DNA of 64,000 bases, from NCBI GenBank assembly GCA_947627845.1, contig CANQXQ010000001.1, forward strand, positions 17,032-81,031, given 5' to 3'. This stretch comes from an uncultured Bacilli bacterium (lineage in GTDB: Bacteria; Bacillota_I; Bacilli_A; RF39; UBA660). Positions 38,901-47,180 of this stretch are shown one piece after another. Below the pieces are notes generated by a model that saw only the letters and a program-made list of their open reading frames with translations, did not search any database and was not told the DNA's origin. The translations under genes were made by a program, and so were the position numbers. How positions within the stretch are numbered: position 1 is the stretch's first letter; each line of letters starts with the position of its first letter.

Positions 38901-39896
38901 TTAAATATTTAAATTACTAATTTCATCAAGCTCTCTATATAATGATTTTAGATAATTAATTGATTCTTCAATTTTTTCATCACATTCAGATATATAATTC
39001 TTGTCAATTTTGCCAGTAAATTCATATAAATCTGACTGTAATTCATTATATTTTCTTAATAAATAAGCAATATCTTCTTCATCTTTAGTATTTTCAGATT
39101 TTAATTTATCTAATAAATAATCTAATCTAGCATACTGTTCTTTAAAATCCTCTAATTTTTCTTGACTGGCTGCTTGTTTTTTTTCTTCATTTTTTATAAA
39201 TTCTATTGCTTTTAATTGACCATTTTTATTTATTAATTCTCTAACATTTTCATTAAACTCTACAGCATAGCCACCAACTTTAGCAACAATCCCCATGAAA
39301 GATCTAAAGTGATTAAAATCTTCTTCTGTATGGCATAATAATAAAGTCTGATAAAATTTATACATTAATTTATTTATTCGTTCTTCTTTTCTGGTCATAT
39401 CTGCTAAAGCCATATATGTTAATAATGAACTACAATTAATATCAAGTTCAGATAAACCACCATTAGGACGATATTGAACATTAAAATATTCGCTTCCAAT
39501 GCCATCCTCAACTTTAAATGATACTGGATTTCTTTTATTTTTTTCTAGTTCATTTACATAATTTTTAGCAGTTTCTATTCCATTTATATTCAACATACTT
39601 TGATTAGCTTGATAAAACTCTACAGCATAACCACCTATTTTTGCTAACTCTTGTAATAACATATTTAATTTTTGCAAATCTTCTACAGATTTACAAAAAG
39701 TAAGTGTTCTCATAAAATGTTCATTTAAATTTTTAATTGAGCTTTCACTTCGATATGTATCTGCCATTGCTAAATATGTTATTAATGAATCAGATTCTAT
39801 TCTTAATTCTGGATTTTCTTTTAAAGAAATTGTATTATTTATACCAAAATATTTACTTTCAATGCCACCATTATATTTTTCAGAAACTTTTTCCAT
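38901..39896 (-). CDS. Hypothetical protein with two tandem ~110-aa repeats and a C-terminal coiled-coil
   Basis: Internal duplication (LITYLAMADTYRSE...LAKIGGYAVEFYQAN versus LLTYMALADMTRKE...VAKVGGYAVEFNENV). Strong RBS ACAAGGAGGTTAAACAATG. No family recognised. Confidence 0.5.
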   Translation of the reverse strand: MEKVSEKYNGGIESKYFGINNTISLKENPELRIESDSLITYLAMADTYRSESSIKNLNEHFMRTLTFCKSVEDLQKLNMLLQELAKIGGYAVEFYQANQSMLNINGIETAKNYVNELEKNKRNPVSFKVEDGIGSEYFNVQYRPNGGLSELDINCSSLLTYMALADMTRKEERINKLMYKFYQTLLLCHTEEDFNHFRSFMGIVAKVGGYAVEFNENVRELINKNGQLKAIEFIKNEEKKQAASQEKLEDFKEQYARLDYLLDKLKSENTKDEEDIAYLLRKYNELQSDLYEFTGKIDKNYISECDEKIEESINYLKSLYRELDEISNLNI

Positions 39897-39918
39897 TGTT
39901 TAACCTCCTTGTACATTA

Positions 39919-39947
39919 ATAATAACAATATTTTTTATATTTATCAA
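39919..39947 (-). promoter_or_regulatory. SigA-type promoter TTGATA-17-TATTAT for the tandem-domain gene
   Basis: Minus strand TTGATAaatataaaaaatattgtTATTAT, ~20 nt upstream of the RBS. Confidence 0.4.
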
Positions 39948-40272
39948 GGCTTTAAGCTGAAAAATCAATATAAAATAATTCTTTGGATTAAATTTAAGAA
40001 TATATAGTAATTTCATCTCCATCTTTAGAAATAATAATGTTATCATTTTTAATTTTTAATAATTCTAATCGTATGCTATCATCATAAGGGGGTTATATCT
40101 CTAATAATTATTTCTTCTAATTTGTGTAAAATTAACATTTTTAATACTTTATTATAATTGATATCAACTTCAAATTTAGATTCAATTACTATAACTAATA
40201 ATTTTATCTTTTAAAGTAAATGCCAAATTATAAAAATTTATTCATTGCTTGCTTTTTTATTTATACTTACCA

Positions 40273-40755
40273 CTAACTAACTTCTTTTTCAAATACGTTT
40301 ACTTTATCACTAATTCTAACTATCAAATTAAGAAATTTTTGAGCTAAATAATACCCTTCATCCGATATTGTTAAGGCACAATATTTACCTTTGGCATTTT
40401 CAAATAACTTTTTCATCATTAAGGAGCCATTCCCTTTTTGCTGATAATCTTTTCGTATAACTATTGAAACAATGTAATTATAATTAGATTTTTCTACAAA
40501 CATTTTAGGATTAATATGTAAATCATTTAATAATACCCCATTTATTATAGCATCATATAATTCTTTTTTAATAGGCACACATACTAAATACCCAACAATT
40601 TTTTCATTATCAAGTAAAAAAATTCCTTTTTGTTTCTCATTATATCTTCTTAAATACCACTCAATATTTAAACTATCATCATTATAAAACTCTTTATCAA
40701 TTTTTTGGATTTTTAATAAGTTACTTTTTATTAATTTTCTTTCTATTATTTTCAT
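40273..40755 (-). CDS. GNAT-family N-acetyltransferase
   Basis: Acetyl-CoA motif QQKGNGSLMMKKLFENAKG. ~160 aa. Last gene of the ECF operon, 8 nt after the C39 gene. Confidence 0.7.
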   Translation of the reverse strand: MKIIERKLIKSNLLKIQKIDKEFYNDDSLNIEWYLRRYNEKQKGIFLLDNEKIVGYLVCVPIKKELYDAIINGVLLNDLHINPKMFVEKSNYNYIVSIVIRKDYQQKGNGSLMMKKLFENAKGKYCALTISDEGYYLAQKFLNLIVRISDKVNVFEKEVS

Positions 40756-40763
40756 TATTACTC

Positions 40764-41339
40764 CTAAATTCTATTTATTAATACACACTCTCGATTATTA
40801 ATTTCCCCTAAAGCAAAATCTTTTTGACTTTCTGAAAAAAGTCTTTTTAAAGATACCTTTCGATTATGAGTAAATGGCTTATTTAAAATTATTTTTACAT
40901 CTTTATCTTTAACATATTCACTTTTGTCTAAATAGTAAGGATCAAATATATAAGCATAGTTTTGATCTATTTTAGTTATAATAACATAATGTTCACATTC
41001 TTGCCAACATCTAATAAAAATACAGCCTTTATTTTTTAGACATTCTCTTAATTTATCTAATGTAATTTCTTCTTTTTCTAATATTCTACAAGTTACTTTA
41101 AAATCATTATAATTAGCGTATCTAGTAATCCAATGAGCAAGTTTATTAACTGCTTCTTTGCTGGTTCCTCCTTGACCTAAATTTCCATATTCATCATAAC
41201 AATCAAGAGTATATTTGTGTATAGCTTTAACTAATAAAGCAGGTATTTCATTTCTTTCAAATAAATAACTAAAAGCATTTAATAAAGAAATAGTGCCACA
41301 GTCAAATTCGGTTACTTGAAATCTTAATGGTGTTTTCAT
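40764..41339 (-). CDS. Standalone peptidase C39-like (papain-fold, bacteriocin-leader-peptidase-type) domain protein
   Basis: Motif FQVTEFDCGTISLLNAF (Q-x4-D-C-G...L.NA). His in EHYVIIT, and Asp 15 residues later in IFDP, matching the C39 H-x15-D spacing. ATGA overlap with the upstream gene. Confidence 0.6.
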   Translation of the reverse strand: MKTPLRFQVTEFDCGTISLLNAFSYLFERNEIPALLVKAIHKYTLDCYDEYGNLGQGGTSKEAVNKLAHWITRYANYNDFKVTCRILEKEEITLDKLRECLKNKGCIFIRCWQECEHYVIITKIDQNYAYIFDPYYLDKSEYVKDKDVKIILNKPFTHNRKVSLKRLFSESQKDFALGEINNRECVLINRI

Positions 41340-42406
41340 AATCTTGCTCCTTTTAAATCTTTATCTTCACCTTGAATTATTTCATTTGGGGTTGGTAAGG
41401 TCATATCTAATTGTAACTGTTTTAAATAAGAATTATATGAATCTACAAATGTTTTATAATTTTCTATTCCATAATCTTTAATTAATTTTTTAATTTTTTC
41501 CATATATGCTCTACTATGTAAATTCATTGGTAATTGATTTATTATATTATCAGGTACAGCCATATAAATGAGAAGTTTATTTAAAAAATTTAATATATAA
41601 TAGTCTTGTACTTTCCAAGCATTATCTAATTCATCTTTAACACTTTCTAATTTTTCTAATTCATCATTCTTTCCTGTTAAAATATTAAAATATAATACTT
41701 GAGCTTTGCCATAATCTTGGGCAATTTTATTTATAAGTTGCAACTGTTCTTCACTGGTATTTGATGGCATAAATCCTCCATACTTTCTAGATAAAGTTAA
41801 AGTTTCTGGAATATATCTACCACTATTTTTAAGTTCAGTAGTTATTGCCTCTTTTAAACTTCCTTCAAATATTTTAACTTTTAAATTTAAATTATTTAAT
41901 CTTTCTTTTTCTTGGCTTGATAATTCTAAATATTTTGATTTGGCAATTAATATAATTGCTTCAGGTGATAAATAAACATCCCCTTGAATAGCAGTATCAG
42001 TGGGAATAAGGGAAATAACATTGTCAATATGATGTACTAATGGTTCAATAATTCCACAAACTTTATTAGAAAATGTATTGTTACCAAAGCCATGCTCACT
42101 ATCATCAGGACAAATTCCATTTAAGGAAAATAAAATACATGAGTTATAATCAGATATATAAGGCAAATATTCTTTTAAAATTTTAGAAGAAGTAGCAACC
42201 ATATTATCATAATAGTCTTCATCAAACATTTTAGCAGGATCCATTGGCTCAATAATTCCTAATTCATGAAGTAAATCACTTATTACCGCTGGAAATTCAC
42301 CACTAATATTTTTACATAAATAAGGAACATTGCTAATTGGTTTCATTATTCCATCAAAAGGAATAATATTTGTTGCTCTTACTAGGGCTATATTATTAAT
42401 GTCCAT
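41336..42406 (-). CDS. Hypothetical 356-aa protein, no recognisable family
   Basis: Soluble, no TM. Translationally coupled to the C39 gene (ATGA). Confidence 0.5.
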   Translation of the reverse strand: MDINNIALVRATNIIPFDGIMKPISNVPYLCKNISGEFPAVISDLLHELGIIEPMDPAKMFDEDYYDNMVATSSKILKEYLPYISDYNSCILFSLNGICPDDSEHGFGNNTFSNKVCGIIEPLVHHIDNVISLIPTDTAIQGDVYLSPEAIILIAKSKYLELSSQEKERLNNLNLKVKIFEGSLKEAITTELKNSGRYIPETLTLSRKYGGFMPSNTSEEQLQLINKIAQDYGKAQVLYFNILTGKNDELEKLESVKDELDNAWKVQDYYILNFLNKLLIYMAVPDNIINQLPMNLHSRAYMEKIKKLIKDYGIENYKTFVDSYNSYLKQLQLDMTLPTPNEIIQGEDKDLKGARL

Positions 42407-42422
42407 ATCTTACCTCCCTCAT

Positions 42423-42923
42423 TTATATTACGTTATTTGCTCCAATTAATTTTTTTAATAAATGTATTGCCATATTATGATCTTCTAAACCACTATGAGA
42501 CATACAATAATCTTTTAAAATTTTAACATTATAATTGCTATCAAATAAATCTAAAGCTGTTTTAAATACACAAGCATCAGTATCAATTCCACATAAATAA
42601 ATTGTTTCGATATTTTTTTCGGATATATATTTTTTTAACTCGTCTGTTAGAGCAGTGTAAGTTCTTTTATTAAATATTTTATTATCTTTTGTTTCGATGG
42701 CAATTTCTCTATCATATTCGTTTATACAACCTTTATAATTTAAAACTTTATAAAAATTACTATTTTCATCGTTAATAAATTTAGTAAAAGCTATGTAATT
42801 ATAATTAGATTTTTTTATAAATTCATTTATTTTCGAAATTAAACTTTCCGTATTTTCATTTATAAAATTTCTTTGTACATCTATTATTAATAAAAGACTA
42901 TTATTCATTTGTTTCCTCTTCAA
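42423..42923 (-). CDS. Isochorismatase-family cysteine hydrolase (nicotinamidase-like)
   Basis: LLIIDVQRNF (Asp), conserved Lys, ICGIDTDACVFKTALD catalytic Cys block. Confidence 0.8.
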   Translation of the reverse strand: MKRKQMNNSLLLIIDVQRNFINENTESLISKINEFIKKSNYNYIAFTKFINDENSNFYKVLNYKGCINEYDREIAIETKDNKIFNKRTYTALTDELKKYISEKNIETIYLCGIDTDACVFKTALDLFDSNYNVKILKDYCMSHSGLEDHNMAIHLLKKLIGANNVI

Positions 42924-43212
42924 TCCAATTTAAGTAATCTTCATTACAACTATTTATATCAAATACCGCAAATTCAAAGCATTTATAACTGTGTATTTCT
43001 TTAATTATTTCATATACCTTTTTTAGTAAACTTTTTTTAGTTTTCATAAATACTAAATATTCTTTACTTTCTTCTAATTTATGTTCCCAATTCCAACTAC
43101 TGTTACTTTCCACTATTTGACAACTAGCTACTAATTTTTCTTTTAATAATTTAGAAATAGTTTTTTTAGTTTCTTCTAAATTATCAAATGCTGTTTCTAT
43201 CATACAATACAT
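42901..43212 (-). CDS. CutA1-like divalent-cation tolerance protein
   Basis: ~103 aa. KLVASCQIVESNSSWNWEHKLEESKEYLVFMKTK matches the CutA core (LAAC.....SIY.W.G.I.E..E..L..KT). Overlaps the next gene by 23 nt. Confidence 0.6.
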   Translation of the reverse strand: MYCMIETAFDNLEETKKTISKLLKEKLVASCQIVESNSSWNWEHKLEESKEYLVFMKTKKSLLKKVYEIIKEIHSYKCFEFAVFDINSCNEDYLNWIEEETNE

Positions 43213-43216
43213 ATAA

Positions 43217-43988
43217 TCACTTTCCTATAATAAAATTATAGCATTTCAAAAAAAAGAAAACAATACAACATGTTTCTTTTAAAGCTTCTTTCAGACATTC
43301 CTCATTATGGAAAACATGATTTCCATCTTTTATAATTACTAATTTATTGTTAGGAGTTTTTTTACTTATTATAATCGAGGAATTAACATTAACAAATTGA
43401 TCTTTATCTCCATGAATAAATATTTTGGCAATATGCCAATATTTTAATTTTTTAAAAGCATTATATCTTTTTTCATCTTTAAAATATTCATAACTTAATT
43501 TATTATCATTTTCAATTTTATAGTAGCCCTGCTTTTTAGCGATTTTTTCTTTTTTAGAGGGTAAGAGTCTAACTTTATAATTTAAAGCACCATACCATAA
43601 AACTAATTTTATTATATTAAATTTTTTATAATCTACTAAAGATATAATTCTGGTGCCTAAACTACAGCCAATTAATATAAAGTTTTTATAATTATATTTT
43701 TCCATTAACATACTTAATGAAATGTGAAGATAGATAACATATTAGTTATGGTGTGTAATCAGTATAATCACCACTAGACTCGCCACAAGCTACAAAATCA
43801 AAGCGAAGGTTATTAATATTATTTTCATTTAATTTTTTGGCGATGGCAGTTGTTGGTTTAGAGTTTTTATTACTATACCGAGCATGACAAATAATAGCGA
43901 TTGTATTATCACTATTATTTATATTTAAGAGTCCACTTAAAGTTATATTATTATCATTATAAGTTATTTGTTTTTCCATATATACCAT
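43217..43988 (-). pseudogene. Disrupted alpha/beta-hydrolase gene (frameshift plus stops in two frames)
   Basis: N-terminal fragment 43746..43988 (IAIICHARYSNKNS, oxyanion region). C-terminal fragment 43217..43711 (GCSLG nucleophile elbow, HGDKD, GNHVF). The junction reads CCATAACTAATATG, with TAA stops in two frames 4 nt apart, so one indel cannot restore the frame. Confidence 0.6.
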
Positions 43989-44680
43989 TAATTAACATTA
44001 AAGAAATTATCAATCGCAATTACTCCATCATAATAGTTATTCATTATTTCTATACATAGAGCCATTTTTTCTTGATCTATTTCATTATTATTTTTATATT
44101 TTGTTATTATATTATTAAATAAAGTATCATAGTAGAACGTTAGAGAATTATATTTTGATGATACTAATAAATCAACTAATTCTTTTACTTTATCTACTAT
44201 CTCTTGTTCTATATTAGCAATTAAATAATCATTAATATTTACTTTTTCATCATTTATTAATATTTCATTATTTAAGATACTGGCTAATTTTTTTTGAATT
44301 GGAAGTTGATTATTTTTAATATCGTTCATTAAATATTCTTTATATTGCATAGTCTTTTCGACAGCATATTTTGAAATTTCTTTTTGCTTATTTTCTAAGT
44401 CTTTAGGAATTAAATTCCCTTTAACAAAATCTTTTTTACTTGTTTCGTTAAATTCTATTATCTTATTACTAATTGGATCAATTAATACCCAATATTCTGG
44501 TTTAATATTGATATCTTTGTCCCAAACATTGGCAGTATTTTTAGTTAATAAGATACCAATATATAATTTATTGTTTTCTTTTCTTAACATGGGGTAAAGA
44601 GGCGTATATTTTTCTAAGCCTTTATTTACCTTTGCATTATTTACTATTTCTAAATAATCATCAAGTTTTAAGTTATTCAT
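43988..44680 (-). CDS. Hypothetical soluble protein co-transcribed with the ECF sigma (possible unconventional anti-sigma/partner)
   Basis: 230 aa, no TM. Start overlaps the sigma gene by 8 nt. Its stop overlaps the hydrolase start (TAATG). Confidence 0.45.
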   Translation of the reverse strand: MNNLKLDDYLEIVNNAKVNKGLEKYTPLYPMLRKENNKLYIGILLTKNTANVWDKDINIKPEYWVLIDPISNKIIEFNETSKKDFVKGNLIPKDLENKQKEISKYAVEKTMQYKEYLMNDIKNNQLPIQKKLASILNNEILINDEKVNINDYLIANIEQEIVDKVKELVDLLVSSKYNSLTFYYDTLFNNIITKYKNNNEIDQEKMALCIEIMNNYYDGVIAIDNFFNVN

Positions 44681-45143
44681 TATATCTCTCCTTTACTTTA
44701 CATCTAGCACTATATAAATAATATTTAATATTACTTTCGCTAGTTTTTAACTTATCACTTATTTCTTTTATTGAAAGGTCATTACAATAATAAAGTTTAA
44801 ATGATATAAATTCGTTTTTGGTTAAACCAATATTAGTTAAATTATTAATTATATCATTGTAAATTACTTTATCTAAATATTTTTCGTTATAACTAGTATT
44901 AACTTCATCTAAAGTAACATTATCTTTTTCTTTGATATAATTTTTTGCTTTTAGATACCATATATTATGAGCTATCTTCCATATTAAACTATCTAATTTT
45001 TCAATAGCAATATTTTTACTAAAATATTCAAATATAGCTAAAAAAATATTATTAGTTAAATCTTCAGCATCTTCTTTATTATTAGTTTTTTTTAAAGCCC
45101 AAAAGTATATTTTATCAAAGTATTTATCATAAACGGAATCCAT
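44673..45143 (-). CDS. ECF-type (group IV) sigma-70 factor
   Basis: 156 aa. Region 2-like EDAEDLTNNIFLAIFEYF and region 4 HTH LSIKEISDKLKTSESNIKYYLYSARCKVKE. RBS GAAAGGTGAttaATG. Confidence 0.7.
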   Translation of the reverse strand: MDSVYDKYFDKIYFWALKKTNNKEDAEDLTNNIFLAIFEYFSKNIAIEKLDSLIWKIAHNIWYLKAKNYIKEKDNVTLDEVNTSYNEKYLDKVIYNDIINNLTNIGLTKNEFISFKLYYCNDLSIKEISDKLKTSESNIKYYLYSARCKVKERYNE

Positions 45144-45205
45144 TAATAATCACCTTTCATATATATAGTGTAAACTTTTAAAATTTGGTTAGTAAAATTG
45201 AGGAA

Positions 45206-47095
45206 TTATCTATGAAAGTTTTGATTTTCTTTAATAATAGGAATGTTATTAGCCATTCTTAACCAATTTTTAAAGGATTCTTCAAATCTTTCTTCGGAAT
45301 ATAGTCCTCTTACTATGGATTTAGCATACTTATAATTAACATAGTTAGTTATTTCATTTTCTAAAGTTTGAGGATTTAATAATACTCCAGCGGCTTGCAT
45401 ATTAATTGAAGCAAGAGCCATAATATTATCATAAACTTCTTTTGCTTTTTCATTAAAGGCATAAGCATAGTCTGATTCAGGAATTTCATTTAAACCTGGA
45501 GAACTTAAAGATCTTTCATATTTAGTAGCGGCTACCCAAGTATGGGCAAACTTTACTTTATCTACAAAATTTTTTGTTTCATAAATTATATTTGTTCTTC
45601 TATCTATAACTTTAAACTCTCCATTACTATCTTTAATAAGATTATACCTTTTAAATAAATCTTCTACTTCTTCAAAAGAATAACTTTTAATATTTTGGTT
45701 TATTTCAATATTTTTATTTTGTTCGACTTTTAGGTCAGAATCTTTTTTAGTTATGGTGTTGGTTATATTGTTTAATTGTTTTTTGGGTTCATGATTAGCT
45801 ACTTTGTTATCGTTTCTGTCTACTACTATTTGAAATCTTTTAAAAATTTCTTCTAAACTATTAAAATTTTTAGCATTTTTAATTACACCTTCTATAAATT
45901 CTCTACCTGACATAGTTGCTCCATTTACTTTAAAAGTAACTATAGCATTTAAAGGAACTAAAGACCATACTCGATTAATTTGTAAGTATTCATCTATGGT
46001 CATAGTTCTTCCATCTGGCACGGTTATAGTTTGATTTAGAGTGTCAGGATCAAAAATATCAATTCTTTTTGGGGTGGTGGTTATATTATTTAATTGTTTT
46101 TTGGCTTCCATATTAAAACACATATTATTTAAATCTATATTTGCTTTAGCTAAATTTTCTCTAAATTTATTTAAAAGTTGGGCTCTAAAAGCTGGGTCAT
46201 ATTTTAAAAGAACCATAGTGGCTATTTGGTGTATTCCCCCAATTTCTAATTGATAGCCTTGCTGTTCCATTTTCATTTTTTGTTCATTAAATAATGGTTT
46301 TAAAGAGGCTGGAATGCTTCTTTCGGGATTGGCATCTAAAATACTTTCTAAAGCATTAGCAAATGCTGCACAAATTATTTGAGTATATGAAACTTTTGAG
46401 CGAGGATTTTCGCTAGCATAACCAATTTTATCGGTAATTTTTCCTACAATTATTGATGGAGAAATACAATTTTTTATTAAATCAGGTTTTTTCTTTTCTA
46501 TATTATCTAATACTTTTAAAGTTTTTTCTAATAAAGTTGTAGATGTATAAATTACAATTTTATCAGGACGATTTTCCATGGATTGTTCAACTTTAAAATA
46601 AAATGGAATATTTGCATTTTTAAATTCATCGTATAATTGATTAGCAAAATCTATTTTATCATTAGAGTCAACACCGATATAAAATCTATGAACTTGATCT
46701 TTATTATGAATTCTCGGAGTTCCTAACAAGTTCCAAGATTTAAAAGTTAGCCAGCCTATTTGAACTGCTAGAGGATTTTGTTGCCCATTATGTAATTCTG
46801 GTTTAAATGGTCTTCCGGCATTTATAAAATCTTGATTAAGTTTAGCAAAAAATGCGTTTTCTTCTCTAGCAATTTTTGGTAAATCAATGGAAGTTTTTAC
46901 AAAAGAATTAATTTGATCATACATATTGGCTTCTATTAGGGATCTTTCATGGGTAATTTTATAATTACTTAATCTTTTTTCGGAAACATTTAAGGAACTA
47001 AAAGGAATAGAAAAATATTTCTCAATTAATTTATTAAGTATTTCTTCATTAACAGGTATTTGCGATTTATTATATAGTTCGGTTAGTTTAATCAT
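45206..47095 (-). CDS. Large (629 aa) hypothetical soluble protein with an internal ~38-bp DNA repeat
   Basis: No family recognised. Near-identical repeats encode KKQLNNIT(T/N)T at 45756-45793 and 46076-46113. 62 nt upstream of the ECF sigma. Confidence 0.5.
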   Translation of the reverse strand: MIKLTELYNKSQIPVNEEILNKLIEKYFSIPFSSLNVSEKRLSNYKITHERSLIEANMYDQINSFVKTSIDLPKIAREENAFFAKLNQDFINAGRPFKPELHNGQQNPLAVQIGWLTFKSWNLLGTPRIHNKDQVHRFYIGVDSNDKIDFANQLYDEFKNANIPFYFKVEQSMENRPDKIVIYTSTTLLEKTLKVLDNIEKKKPDLIKNCISPSIIVGKITDKIGYASENPRSKVSYTQIICAAFANALESILDANPERSIPASLKPLFNEQKMKMEQQGYQLEIGGIHQIATMVLLKYDPAFRAQLLNKFRENLAKANIDLNNMCFNMEAKKQLNNITTTPKRIDIFDPDTLNQTITVPDGRTMTIDEYLQINRVWSLVPLNAIVTFKVNGATMSGREFIEGVIKNAKNFNSLEEIFKRFQIVVDRNDNKVANHEPKKQLNNITNTITKKDSDLKVEQNKNIEINQNIKSYSFEEVEDLFKRYNLIKDSNGEFKVIDRRTNIIYETKNFVDKVKFAHTWVAATKYERSLSSPGLNEIPESDYAYAFNEKAKEVYDNIMALASINMQAAGVLLNPQTLENEITNYVNYKYAKSIVRGLYSEERFEESFKNWLRMANNIPIIKENQNFHR

Positions 47096-47180
47096 TTAAA
47101 AAAGTCTCCTTTATTGTATAATTATATAATACTTTAAAAAGTTTGGCAATTAAAAACCATTCTAAAGGAATGGCTTAAAT

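Noticed and set aside
39897-40272. Search for a double-glycine leader peptide gene for the standalone C39 peptidase
   Set aside because: All frames were translated. Only 5-18-codon hydrophobic ORFs were found (for example MLILHKLEEIIIRDITPL and MITLLFLKMEMKLLYILK), none with a GG/GA cleavage motif. The region holds the promoter and RBS of the 331-aa gene instead.
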